A program made the position numbers and the translations under genes. Below are positions 29,233-38,769 of a DNA stretch of 64,000 nt, one piece after another. The stretch lies in contig PIVJ01000004.1 of the NCBI GenBank assembly GCA_003353955.1, positions 1,608 to 65,607 on the forward strand, given 5' to 3'. This DNA is from Bacteroidota bacterium (GTDB lineage Bacteria > Bacteroidota > Bacteroidia > Bacteroidales > GCA-2711565). The notes under the pieces were generated by a model. That model was given only the letters and a program-made list of their open reading frames with translations, did not search any database and was not told the DNA's origin. Every line of letters begins with the position of its first letter. Positions within the stretch are counted from its first letter, which is position 1.

Positions 29233-29796
29233 ATGAAATATTTAATTGTTGGATTGGGGAATATTGGTGACGAATATGTAAATACGCGCCATAATATTGG
29301 ATTCATTGTACTTGACGCCTTGGCTCAGAAAGCCAACGTTAAGTTTGAGCTCGCACGCCTGGCCTCCGTTGCAAAAATTAAGTATAGGGGACGTACTTTA
29401 GTTTTAATTAAGCCCTCTACTTACATGAATTTAAGCGGAAAAGCTGTAAGATATTGGTTAACTCAAGAAAAAATACCTATTGAAAACTCATTAACAATTA
29501 TTGATGACATTGCCCTACCTACCGGAAACTTTCGATTGAAAATGAAAGGAGGAGATGGAAGCCACAACGGACTTACCAACATTATTGAATATTTGGAAAC
29601 AACAGAATTTCCAAGACTTAGAGTTGGAATTGGAAATGACTTTGCCCGTGGATATCAAACAGAATATTTGTTAAGCAAATGGACGAAACAAGAAGAAGAA
29701 ATACTGATTCCCAGAATTAAAATAGCTACGGATATTGTTAAAAGTTTTGTAAGTATCGGCATTGGATTAACAATGACCAAATACAACAAAAAATAA
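29233..29796 (+). CDS. pth: peptidyl-tRNA hydrolase
   Basis: GLGNIGDEY..TRHNIGF N-terminus and GGDGSHNGL motif. Confidence 0.95.
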   Translation: MKYLIVGLGNIGDEYVNTRHNIGFIVLDALAQKANVKFELARLASVAKIKYRGRTLVLIKPSTYMNLSGKAVRYWLTQEKIPIENSLTIIDDIALPTGNFRLKMKGGDGSHNGLTNIIEYLETTEFPRLRVGIGNDFARGYQTEYLLSKWTKQEEEILIPRIKIATDIVKSFVSIGIGLTMTKYNKK

Positions 29797-29805
29797 TCTA
29801 AGAAA

Positions 29806-29820
29806 AGGGATGGCATCCCT
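29806..29820. terminator. weak shared hairpin between convergent pth and glyQS
   Basis: AGGGAT-ggc-ATCCCT, flanked by A/T-rich sequence on both sides. Confidence 0.35.
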
Positions 29821-29838
29821 ATATTATAAAATTGACTA

Positions 29839-31359
29839 TTACTTTTTTAATCTCTCAGCAATTATCCCCGAAATTTTTTCAATCGCAATTCGCTCCTGTT
29901 TCATCGTATCACGGTCCCGGATGGTTACAGTTTGGTCTTCTAAAGTTTGATGATCAACGGTAATACAGTAGGGTGTTCCGATGGCATCATGACGGCGATA
30001 TCGTCTACCTATAGCGTCTTTTTCTTCATACTGACACATATGATCCACCTTCAAAACATCCATGATTTCACGAGCTTTTTTAGGCAATTCATCTTTTTTC
30101 ATCAGCGGTAAAATGGCTACTTTAACCGGTGCTAAAACTGGTGGTATTTTCATAATCACACGTTCCGATCCGTCCTCTAATTTCTCTTCAGAATAAGCAT
30201 GACTCAATATTGCCAGAAATGTACGGTCTAACCCAATTGATGTTTCCACAACATAAGGAACATAACTCTCATTAATTTCAGGATCGAAATATTGAAGTTT
30301 TTTTCCGGAAAATTTTTGATGCGCACCTAAATCAAAATCAGTTCTTGAATGAATACCTTCTAATTCTTTAAATCCGAATGGAAATTCAAATTCGATATCG
30401 GCTGCGGCATTCGCATAATGCGCAAGTTTTTCATGATTGTGAAATCGAAATTTCGATTTGGGAATTCCCAGAGAAAGATGCCATTTCATACGCGCTTCTT
30501 TCCAGTACTCATACCACTTTATTTCTTCACCAGGTTTCACAAAAAATTGCATTTCCATTTGCTCAAACTCCCGCATACGAAAAATAAACTGGCGCGCTAC
30601 GATTTCATTTCTAAAGGCCTTCCCTATTTGGGCAATACCAAATGGGAGTTTCATTCGTCCGCTTTTCTGAACATTGAGGTAGTTCACGAAAATTCCCTGG
30701 GCTGTTTCAGGGCGTAAAAAAATCTCATTTGCATCCTCACTCAGCGATCCCATTTGAGTAGAAAACATCAAATTAAATTGACGTACTTTCGTCCAGCTTC
30801 TTGAACCTGACACCGGACAAGCAATTTCAAGATCTTCAATTATTTTTTTGATCTCGGCCAAATCGTTATTATCCATAGCCGGATACAATCGATTTTTTAT
30901 ATTCTCAATCTTTTCCTTATTGACCAAAACTCTGGGATTGGTAGCTACAAACTGTTCTTGGTCAAAACTTTCCCCAAATCGCTTGACAGCTTTTTTAACT
31001 TCTTTTTCGATTTTCGTTTCTATTTTGGCGAGGTAGTCTTCAACCAATACGTCCGCACGATAACGCTTTTTTGAATCTTTATTATCGATCATTGGATCAT
31101 TAAATGCATCAACATGGCCTGAAGCTTTCCAAATAGTTGGGTGCATAAATATCGCAGAATCAAGCCCCACAATATTTTCGTGATATTGCACCATCGATTT
31201 CCACCAATACTCTTTAATATTCTTCTTTAATTCTGATCCATTTTGACCATAATCATAAACTGCACTAAGGCCATCGTATATTTCACTTGATTGAAAAACA
31301 AAGCCATACTCCTTCGCATGGGATATTATTTTTTTGAATAGATCCTCGTTATTTGCCAT
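29839..31359 (-). CDS. glyQS: glycine--tRNA ligase (dimeric class II type)
   Basis: Class II motifs (GKAFRNEIVARQFIFRMREFEQMEMQFF; GIHSRTDFDL) and a C-terminal anticodon-binding domain. Confidence 0.95.
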   Translation of the reverse strand: MANNEDLFKKIISHAKEYGFVFQSSEIYDGLSAVYDYGQNGSELKKNIKEYWWKSMVQYHENIVGLDSAIFMHPTIWKASGHVDAFNDPMIDNKDSKKRYRADVLVEDYLAKIETKIEKEVKKAVKRFGESFDQEQFVATNPRVLVNKEKIENIKNRLYPAMDNNDLAEIKKIIEDLEIACPVSGSRSWTKVRQFNLMFSTQMGSLSEDANEIFLRPETAQGIFVNYLNVQKSGRMKLPFGIAQIGKAFRNEIVARQFIFRMREFEQMEMQFFVKPGEEIKWYEYWKEARMKWHLSLGIPKSKFRFHNHEKLAHYANAAADIEFEFPFGFKELEGIHSRTDFDLGAHQKFSGKKLQYFDPEINESYVPYVVETSIGLDRTFLAILSHAYSEEKLEDGSERVIMKIPPVLAPVKVAILPLMKKDELPKKAREIMDVLKVDHMCQYEEKDAIGRRYRRHDAIGTPYCITVDHQTLEDQTVTIRDRDTMKQERIAIEKISGIIAERLKK

Positions 31360-31588
31360 GTTGCAAAAATAGTTAATTTGCTAATGTAAAAAATTGTTCG
31401 AACTAAAAAGGAATATTATCACTGTACAAAAGTATTAATGCTACAAAATTTCTGGGTCAATTAGACGCAGACAATGTATTAATTGATTTCGATGCCAGAA
31501 CTGGGCATAATCATGGAACAAAATTTAGGATGAGACAAAATTGTTTACCCGAAGTTTATGACTGAGTTACTGAGATTATTTGAATGAC

Positions 31589-31801
31589 CTAACCAGTAAA
31601 GAAATCGAAAATATTACCTAAGGTACTGGTTGTTCCTTTAAAAAGCTCAGAATACTTGCATTGGGTACAGGTAACTACCGTAAATTTTTTATTTTGAACG
31701 TCAAATATTTTGGCAAAATTACCACCCGTAGCTCTCATTTCATCCAGTTCATATTGTTTGTTACCACATTTTGGGCAAACATATTTTGAAGAGTTTATCA
31801 T
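31589..31801 (-). CDS. zinc-ribbon domain protein
   Basis: 70 aa with CPKCG and CTQCK pairs. Confidence 0.6.
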   Translation of the reverse strand: MINSSKYVCPKCGNKQYELDEMRATGGNFAKIFDVQNKKFTVVTCTQCKYSELFKGTTSTLGNIFDFFTG

Positions 31802-31844
31802 GTGATTTAAAGATTAAGATTAATAATTCAAGAATCATAAAGAT

Positions 31845-31873
31845 AAAAAAACCTCCCTATTTTCACGGGAAGG
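31845..31873 (-). terminator. rho-independent terminator after the ornithine carbamoyltransferase gene
   Basis: Minus strand reads CCTTCCC-gtgaaaata-GGGAGG followed by T7. Confidence 0.7.
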
Positions 31874-31898
31874 TTTTGTGTTTTTAATTCTAAAAAAA

Positions 31899-32900
31899 TT
31901 ATCTTCCGAGTGTGGCAACCATAACTGCTTTAATGGTGTGCAGTCGGTTCTCGGCCTCATCAAAAACAATAGAGCGTTCCGATTCAAAAACATCATCGGT
32001 TACTTCCATTCCGTCAATCCCAAATTTCTGGTAAATTTCCTCACCAACAGTGGTATCTCTATTATGGAAAGCAGGCAGGCAATGCAAGAATTTCACATCC
32101 GGATTAGCTGTTTTTTCAACCATTTCTTTATTAACCTGATAAGGCATCATTGATTTAATTCGTTCTGCCCAAACCTCATCAGGTTCACCCATAGATACCC
32201 AAACATCTGTATAAATAAAATCAACACCTTTAACAGCAGTATCAACATCTTCAGTAATGGTAATTTTGGCTTCCGTTTCTTTTGAAATTTCTCTACACGT
32301 TTTTACTAATTCCGCATCAGGATGACAAGATTTTGGAGCAGCAGCTCTGAAATCCATGCCCATTTTTGCAGCACCAACCATTAACGAATTGCCCATGTTA
32401 TTTTTAGCATCGCCAACATAACAAAATGAAATTTGAGTAAGTGGCTTGTTGGAATGCTCCATCATTGTTAAAAAATCAGCTAAAATTTGAGTTGGATGAT
32501 ATTCGTTGGTTAAACCATTCCAAACAGGAACTCCTGCAAAAGCACCCAATTCTTCAACAACTTTTTGTCCGAAACCACGATATTCAATTCCATCATACAT
32601 TCTACCTAGTACGCGTGCGGTATCTTTCATGGTTTCCTTTTTACCAATTTGTGATCCGGTTGGTCCCAAATAAGTAACCTTGGCTCCCTGATCATGCGCC
32701 GCAACTTCAAACGCACAGCGGGTGCGGGTTGAAGATTTCTCAAAAATTAATGCAATATTTTTCCCTTTCAACCTTTCTACTTCAGTTCCTGCATATTTTG
32801 CTCTTTTTAAATCTGCTGAAAGTTCAAGCAAAAACGTAATTTCTTTTGGGGTGAAATCTAATAATTTCAGAAAATTTCGATTTCTTAAATTGAAAGCCAT
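31899..32900 (-). CDS. argF: ornithine carbamoyltransferase, canonical ArgI/ArgF/ArcB type
   Basis: [21 protein letters not shown] and HCLPAFH motifs, with long runs resembling enterobacterial OTC as I remember it. Confidence 0.9.
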   Translation of the reverse strand: MAFNLRNRNFLKLLDFTPKEITFLLELSADLKRAKYAGTEVERLKGKNIALIFEKSSTRTRCAFEVAAHDQGAKVTYLGPTGSQIGKKETMKDTARVLGRMYDGIEYRGFGQKVVEELGAFAGVPVWNGLTNEYHPTQILADFLTMMEHSNKPLTQISFCYVGDAKNNMGNSLMVGAAKMGMDFRAAAPKSCHPDAELVKTCREISKETEAKITITEDVDTAVKGVDFIYTDVWVSMGEPDEVWAERIKSMMPYQVNKEMVEKTANPDVKFLHCLPAFHNRDTTVGEEIYQKFGIDGMEVTDDVFESERSIVFDEAENRLHTIKAVMVATLGR

Positions 32901-32905
32901 AATGT

Positions 32906-32911
32906 CCTCCT
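32906..32911 (-). promoter_or_regulatory. canonical Shine-Dalgarno AGGAGG, 5 nt before the OTC ATG
   Basis: Minus strand reads gtAGGAGGacattATG. This is the second of only two such sites in the window. Confidence 0.7.
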
Positions 32912-33030
32912 ACGGTTTTAATTATTTATTGATTATTCAAATAATATCGGCGACAAAATTAGAGAATTTAATCTAATAAATGTTCAATAATCCACAGTAT
33001 TTTCGGGGCGTGTTTCCGATTCACTTTTCA

Positions 33031-33067
33031 TGCTCGTGCTATTTGCTAAATTTTCGAGCATTGCTCG
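33031..33067. other. mutually exclusive hairpins in the OTC/DUF3109 divergent intergenic region
   Basis: TGCTCG (33031-36) and TGCTCG (33062-67) are both complementary to CGAGCA (33055-60). A CCCTCAT/ATGAGGG pair sits at 33085-91/33137-43. Confidence 0.4.
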
Positions 33068-33221
33068 GGATATACTACTACTATCCCTCATGCAAGAAAG
33101 ACTACAGGTAAAGTTGAGGATGGCGTCCCCAAAAAAATGAGGGAAATCACCCCACATTAGCAAATTATCATATTTATATTTAGCGCAGCTGAAATGTTAA
33201 CAAATTACCTATTTTTACCGG

Positions 33222-33818
33222 ATGAAAATAATTAAAAACACTCTTGTTTCTGATGATCTGCTCACGGTAAGTTTCTGTTGCAATCTGGCAGCTTGTAAAG
33301 GTGTCTGTTGTGTGGATGGGGATGCAGGTGCGCCTTTGGAAGAAGAGGAAATCTCCATACTCGAAGATTACCTGGATAAGGTAAAGCCATATATGACAGA
33401 AGACGGAATTAAGGAGGTTGAAAAACAAGGTGTTTTTGATTATGATGAAGAAGGTAGTTATGTTACTCTACTTGTAAATAATAATGAATGTGCTTTTGTT
33501 TATTTTGAAAATGGCATTTCTTTTTGTGCTATCGAAAAAGCCTGGTCTGAAAAACAATTTGATTTCCAAAAACCCATTTCCTGTCATTTATATCCGGTAC
33601 GATTAAGTCAGCTAAAGGACATAATCGCTGTAAATTACCATAAATGGGAGGTGTGTAATCCTGCGCTTGATAAAGGAAATCAATTACAAATTCCGGTTTA
33701 TAAATTCCTGAAAATCCCGTTGATTAGAAAATTTGGGGAAGATTGGTACCAAAAATTAGAAGCTGAAGTGAAACTCAAAAAACAGACAGGTCTCATTACT
33801 CCAACCTATCGTAAATAG
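33222..33818 (+). CDS. DUF3109-family Cys-rich protein
   Basis: N-terminal FCCNLAACKGVCCVDGDAGAPLEEEE pattern characteristic of DUF3109. Confidence 0.7.
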   Translation: MKIIKNTLVSDDLLTVSFCCNLAACKGVCCVDGDAGAPLEEEEISILEDYLDKVKPYMTEDGIKEVEKQGVFDYDEEGSYVTLLVNNNECAFVYFENGISFCAIEKAWSEKQFDFQKPISCHLYPVRLSQLKDIIAVNYHKWEVCNPALDKGNQLQIPVYKFLKIPLIRKFGEDWYQKLEAEVKLKKQTGLITPTYRK

Positions 33819-34540
33819 ACAGAAGGTGATTTGTTTAATTTTACTGATGGGCTAACTTCATCTTCAGTTTTAAGTGGGTTATTAAAAGTATAACTTCCTT
33901 CCCATTCCAATATTTCATCTTCATACCCCAATATACGCACAAGAATATCAACTGAATCTTCATCTGCAATTCTCAAGCTTTCCAATCGAAAAGATACAAT
34001 TCCACTCATTAAAATATTGGAAAAATCATTATTCGCATTATGCCTGAATTCCAGAATTAGTTTGCCATCTTCTGTGTGTGTATCCTCAAATAGTTTAACC
34101 AAATTAATGTAGTGAATACTATATCCACCATAGTATATAAAATCAAAATTTAAATGATTATTAGCAATCCATATATTATTCTCGTTAATATAAATCGGGT
34201 CGTTGCCAATACTGTCTTGAATGCTTTCTGTAAGCTGAAGAACATCTTTGGTTAAAATATCGACAATATTAAAGATATCTACATTCAATGAATTATCATC
34301 AATTTTGTCGGTTATTGAGTAATATACAACAACACGATCTTCATCTTTAAAGTTGTTATTTTCAACAATTTTGCTTGGAAAAAGCTGATCTCCATTATCC
34401 AGCAATATACTAAACTCATCAGCTAACTCCACAGCTTTTACGATACTTCCAGCTCCAATCCACTGCGGTAAAACCTCTTCTTTATCACATCCTGATAAAA
34501 TGGCAATTATAAAAAATGCCACTACAATTATCTTTTTCAT
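33806..34540 (-). CDS. lipoprotein of unknown function (possibly NigD-like)
   Basis: Lipobox ILSGC; the size and beta-rich two-domain pattern are reminiscent of Bacteroidales NigD-like lipoproteins, but this is not verified. Confidence 0.5.
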   Translation of the reverse strand: MKKIIVVAFFIIAILSGCDKEEVLPQWIGAGSIVKAVELADEFSILLDNGDQLFPSKIVENNNFKDEDRVVVYYSITDKIDDNSLNVDIFNIVDILTKDVLQLTESIQDSIGNDPIYINENNIWIANNHLNFDFIYYGGYSIHYINLVKLFEDTHTEDGKLILEFRHNANNDFSNILMSGIVSFRLESLRIADEDSVDILVRILGYEDEILEWEGSYTFNNPLKTEDEVSPSVKLNKSPSVYLR

Positions 34541-34621
34541 TTTATTTTTATTTAGTGTATGTGTTTATAGATGCTTAAATGGGTTTAATGGTTGCGTAAA
34601 TATTATAAAAATATTTAATAA

Positions 34622-37600
34622 TTATTTGCCGGTGTTCATCAATTCTTTAATTGCAGCTTCTAACTGCTGATCACGGCCATTATCAACAAAACCCGGCATA
34701 TTTTTTACCATGATTTCAGGAATGGTTTGATTATTTTCCAACCATTCACCTTTGCTATTTTTTGTACTCAAAGGTATAGATCCCCATCTAACGGTTCTAT
34801 TTTGAAGGCTCTCCCAACCGGCCCAACTGCAAGTTCCGGGAACAGGCATTCCTACCAATTTACCAATTCCTAAATCCTGATATCCACAGGCAAAACAATG
34901 TCCATCACTATAATTAGATTCGTTAACCATTGCAAGCGAAGGATTCGTCCATCTCCAGCCAGGCTCATATCCCATAGATCTGCTTTCAATAGTATAATCA
35001 AGGAATTTTTTACCGGTAAGAAACATGGCTAAATCAGATACCAAATCTCCACCACCATTATTTCGTGTGTCAATAATTAATGCTTCACGGTCATGATATT
35101 TGCCCATCACTTTTTCGTAAGTATCTCGATATGGACCATCGCCCATTCCCGGAATATGTACATACGCTAATTTCCCTCCACTCACTCGATCAACTTCATC
35201 TGCATTGGCTTTTACCCAACGTTTATATAATAGGCTACCCTCTTGACGTAATGTAATGGGTTTAACAGTAACATATTGATTTGAGCTGGTTGAAGGATTG
35301 AAAATATATAGTGAGGTGAAAGCATTTGCTTTTCTGTTTAGTAATTTCGCAAAATCAATATCTGCCGTTATATTTACTCCATCAATTTGTTTGATGATCA
35401 TTCCTTTATTCACTTTGAGGTGTTCTTTATCCAGCGGTCCACCGTTGATGATTTCGGCAATTTTAATTCCATCTCCCTTAAAGTTATAATCAATAAGAAT
35501 ACCTAAGGCCGCAGTTTGATCTCCAAGTGGATCTCTTGAACTGTATCTGGCACCTGAGTGTGAAACATTCAATTCACCCAACATTTCTGAAAGCAGTTCA
35601 GCAAATTCAAAGTCGTTGCTAATGGATGCCAATTTGGGTTCATATTCAGTTCTAAGCTTATCCCAAGGCGCGCCATGATAATCGGAAATATAAAACATGG
35701 TTTTGTTTCGTTTCCAAACATGATCGAACATATGTTGACGCTCGGCGCTTACATCTAATTCCAATTCACCTTTTATAGCAATCGGACTTGCCTTTTTCAA
35801 TTTCAAATCGATTTTAGAAATTTTTCCATTTGCCAATAAAAACAGATTTTTCATTTCTTTGTCCCAAGTCAACTCTCCTGATCTGCCACCTATTTTTAGA
35901 AGCATTTTTGTAGCCTTGGTACGTAGATTAGTACTCCAAAGATTAATGCCTTTTTCGAAAGTTGCCAAGTAATAAAGGGTCTCAGCATCTTTAGAAAGTA
36001 CTGCATCACTCAAACTAGAGGAGTGAATGGTTAAACGGATTTTTCTTTCCCTTAAATTATCCCAGTCAATTTTAACTATTGTTGAATCTTTTTTAGGTTT
36101 AACAACCTTCTTCTTATTCTTCTTTTTCTTATCTGTATCCGCTTTTACCTTTTCAGGCTTTTTGTTTATTTCTTCCCATAAAGCATACTCATCTTTGGTC
36201 ATATTGAATTTATCCCAGGCATTTTGTGTTAAAAACATGCTATACACATCTTTTTGACGCCCACCACTATTTGCTTGCGAGCGTAAGCCCTGACGATCGC
36301 TAAACCAAAGTAATTGTTTTCCACCGTTTACCCATTTCGGAGATTGATCACCATAGCCACTCTCGGTTAAATTTATCATTTTTTGTTTGCCATCGGCTGC
36401 TAATAAAACAACCTCGACATTAGCTAATACAGGGGTGTATTCTGCAAATAACCACTTACTATCCGGGCTCCATTCAAAATACTGACCTCCATCTCGCATA
36501 TAATACAGTTCATCTTTAGTGAGTAAAGTGCGGATTTGTTTTGAAGCTAAATTAAATATTTTTAAAAAGGTTTTATTTTCTATAAAAGCAATTTCTTCTC
36601 CATTAGGAGAATATTTAGGTTGATAATTATCATTTTCATTATGTATTAAAGCTTCTTCATTTAGCAGAGTCGCAGCATAAAAATAAGGCTCCTTGCTATT
36701 TACCTTTTTGGTTTGGTAAATACTCCATAATGCATTTCGTTCACTCGCATAAATAAGGGATTTTCCATCAGGGGAAAAGCTAACGAATCGCTCTTGTGCA
36801 GAAGTGTTGGTTATTCGTTTGGTTAGTTTACCTTCGGCTGATGAAACAAAAACTTCACCACGAACAATGTAAGCCACTTCTTTTCCATTTGGCGAAACAG
36901 CCATTTCACTAACATTTCCACTTATTGGAATAATTAATTGATTATTTATTTTTCCTTCAGTACGTATGTTAACCGCTAATTTAGTAGCCTCACCATTTTC
37001 AGTTTGAGTATATAAATCACCATGATACGTAAAGCATAATATTCCCTCATCCGAAATACTCAAATAACGAACCGGATGAAAATCAAATTTTGTGATCTGT
37101 TTTGTCTGTTCAGGATTTTTTAGGCTAAGTTTGTGTACATTAAAAGTGCCACTCTCTTCACTTAAATAAAATATGCTTTTTTCGTCAGGGCTATATACCG
37201 GATTCCGGTCTTCTCCATTAAAAGAACTAATCATTTTATGATGATTTGTTGCTACATCAAATTTCCAAATATCGCGAGTTACTGATGACGTGTGATGTTT
37301 CCTAAAAGCATTTTCTCCACCTGGCTTATCGTGATAAATCATCTGATTGCCACTTTTACTAATTTGTATATCTTCACCAGGAATGGTCCAAAGCTGATCA
37401 ACGTGGCCACCTTTTACGGCAACCTGATAAACTTCGGGTTGCGATCCTGTATTAAACTGACGACTTTTAGCTGCATCCATTCGTTGTCCGCCAAAAACAA
37501 TATCTTTATCATTTCTAGTAAAAGAATACGGATATTCATTATTGGAATGGTAAGTGAGCCGAGTTGCCTCTCCTCCCAAAGCACTCATTACAAAAACATC

Positions 37601-37864
37601 AAAATTTCCATATCGGTTAGAAGCAAAGCTAATTATTGTACCATCATGACTCCAAACAGGCATAAAATCATGAGATTGATGAAATGTAAGCACTTTTGCT
37701 TCACCTCCTTCAGAAGGAATGAGATACAAATCGCCCTTATAGCTGAAAACTATTTGCTCTCCACTTGGAGATATAGAAGCATATCGTATCCAATTAGAAT
37801 TGGTATTTGCATGCAAGGTTCCGCTTGATATAATTGCTATTAGAATAATAAATACTTTTTTCAT
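34622..37864 (-). CDS. tricorn-protease-like S41 peptidase (beta-propellers + PDZ + S41 domain)
   Basis: 1080 aa with repeated TolB/WD40-like PD40 units (SPDGK, SPNGE), a PDZ (GDGIKIAEIINGGP) and an S41 core (IIDTRNNGGG). Confidence 0.85.
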   Translation of the reverse strand: MKKVFIILIAIISSGTLHANTNSNWIRYASISPSGEQIVFSYKGDLYLIPSEGGEAKVLTFHQSHDFMPVWSHDGTIISFASNRYGNFDVFVMSALGGEATRLTYHSNNEYPYSFTRNDKDIVFGGQRMDAAKSRQFNTGSQPEVYQVAVKGGHVDQLWTIPGEDIQISKSGNQMIYHDKPGGENAFRKHHTSSVTRDIWKFDVATNHHKMISSFNGEDRNPVYSPDEKSIFYLSEESGTFNVHKLSLKNPEQTKQITKFDFHPVRYLSISDEGILCFTYHGDLYTQTENGEATKLAVNIRTEGKINNQLIIPISGNVSEMAVSPNGKEVAYIVRGEVFVSSAEGKLTKRITNTSAQERFVSFSPDGKSLIYASERNALWSIYQTKKVNSKEPYFYAATLLNEEALIHNENDNYQPKYSPNGEEIAFIENKTFLKIFNLASKQIRTLLTKDELYYMRDGGQYFEWSPDSKWLFAEYTPVLANVEVVLLAADGKQKMINLTESGYGDQSPKWVNGGKQLLWFSDRQGLRSQANSGGRQKDVYSMFLTQNAWDKFNMTKDEYALWEEINKKPEKVKADTDKKKKNKKKVVKPKKDSTIVKIDWDNLRERKIRLTIHSSSLSDAVLSKDAETLYYLATFEKGINLWSTNLRTKATKMLLKIGGRSGELTWDKEMKNLFLLANGKISKIDLKLKKASPIAIKGELELDVSAERQHMFDHVWKRNKTMFYISDYHGAPWDKLRTEYEPKLASISNDFEFAELLSEMLGELNVSHSGARYSSRDPLGDQTAALGILIDYNFKGDGIKIAEIINGGPLDKEHLKVNKGMIIKQIDGVNITADIDFAKLLNRKANAFTSLYIFNPSTSSNQYVTVKPITLRQEGSLLYKRWVKANADEVDRVSGGKLAYVHIPGMGDGPYRDTYEKVMGKYHDREALIIDTRNNGGGDLVSDLAMFLTGKKFLDYTIESRSMGYEPGWRWTNPSLAMVNESNYSDGHCFACGYQDLGIGKLVGMPVPGTCSWAGWESLQNRTVRWGSIPLSTKNSKGEWLENNQTIPEIMVKNMPGFVDNGRDQQLEAAIKELMNTGK

Positions 37865-38092
37865 GATGTAGTATTTTCGTTTAAAATTGTGGCTGTTAAA
37901 ATGGGATTGACTTAAGCGAATTAAGACTGTTCTTTTTTAAAATAGTAATGATAAATTTATATAAAAGTATGGAATCAAATGGTTTTATAAAGATCATGAT
38001 AATCTTTTATACATGATGAATAACATTTCAGATGAACGTCCAAATTTTCAATATTAACAGGAGTTTTAATTATTCTAAATGGATGCTTACCA

Positions 38093-38608
38093 TTATTCAA
38101 TTGGAGCATCTGTCCTTACTGCTGCCATTGATTCCAATTCTTTATCGATATGGAAATATCCGGCTTTATCATTTCCAACCAAATGTATTTTATCAAGGAT
38201 GGTGCTCATGGTGCTTTCTTCTTCTATTTGCTCTGTAATAAACCATTGAAGAAAGCTCCCGGAGGTATAATCTCTTTTATTCAATGTAACTTCATACACT
38301 TCATTTATGGAGGCTGTAATAAACTGCTCATGAGCGAAAACTTGCTCAAAAACATCAGTCAAACTTTTGAATTCAAAAGGTGGCTTATCAATTTGTTGCA
38401 TTATTGATTGTCCGCCTCTATCACTTAAATAATGAACAAATTTCAACATGTGCATTCGTTCTTCTTCTGTTTGGGCATACAAGAACTTGGCTGCTCCACT
38501 GAAGCCGTTTACCTCACACCAGGTTGCCATTTGCAGGTATAATCTGGATGAATACTCTTCTTTTTTTATTTGCTCATTTATTGCGTTTTCAACATCTTTG
38601 TTAATCAT
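38093..38608 (-). CDS. ftnA: non-haem ferritin
   Basis: Ferroxidase-centre pattern EEYSSRLYLQM..EERMHMLKF..EQ; 171 aa. Confidence 0.9.
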   Translation of the reverse strand: MINKDVENAINEQIKKEEYSSRLYLQMATWCEVNGFSGAAKFLYAQTEEERMHMLKFVHYLSDRGGQSIMQQIDKPPFEFKSLTDVFEQVFAHEQFITASINEVYEVTLNKRDYTSGSFLQWFITEQIEEESTMSTILDKIHLVGNDKAGYFHIDKELESMAAVRTDAPIE

Positions 38609-38649
38609 GGTTAACTGTTTTAATTTTTCTGTTTCTTATTAATGAAACT

Positions 38650-38708
38650 CCCCGCCGCAAGCGGACGGGGCATCATGATGGATTCTATTTTATTTCGCCC
38701 AAGGGGCG
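38650..38708. other. pair of GC-rich hairpins between the atpG stop and the ferritin start
   Basis: CCCCGCCGC-aa-GCGGaCGGGG (38650-38670) and CGCCC-aag-GGGCG (38696-38708) sit in an otherwise AT-rich spacer. No U-tract follows either one on the minus strand. Confidence 0.6.
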
Positions 38709-38716
38709 GGGAACAC

Positions 38717-38764
38717 CACTTCGCCTAATTAATTTTGTTTCACAAAATCTAATTCTCACTGATT
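38717..38764 (-). repeat. 48-nt repeat, copy A (just after the atpG stop)
   Basis: Reverse complement aatcagtgagaattagattttgtgaaacaaaattaattaggcgaagtg matches 44564-44611 at 46/48 positions. Confidence 0.9.
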
Positions 38765-38769
38765 AAATC

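Noticed and set aside
28911-29306. 131-aa minus-strand ORF with a Ser/Pro-rich run (SSPSSPSSPSSSSSS)
   Set aside because: It is the antisense shadow of the GAA/GGT-rich tail of rplY. It also spans the rplY terminator and the pth start. It has no independent start context or family resemblance.
31407-31565. 52-codon stop-free frame (..LGQLDADNVLIDFDARTGHNHGTKFRMRQNCLPEVYD*) between glyQS and the zinc-ribbon gene, possibly a C-terminal relic of a hydrolase gene
   Set aside because: There is no start codon, no recognisable motif beyond a vague GH.HG, and it is too short to distinguish from chance. Only a BLASTX hit could rescue it.
37292-37828. 178-aa plus-strand ORF, and similar long antisense ORFs (e.g. 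16261-16542, 41992-42378, 6453-6812, 26731-27060)
   Set aside because: All lie fully inside well-supported genes on the opposite strand. They have low-complexity or hydrophobic shadow-type composition, as expected in AT-rich DNA with few stop codons in the antisense frame.
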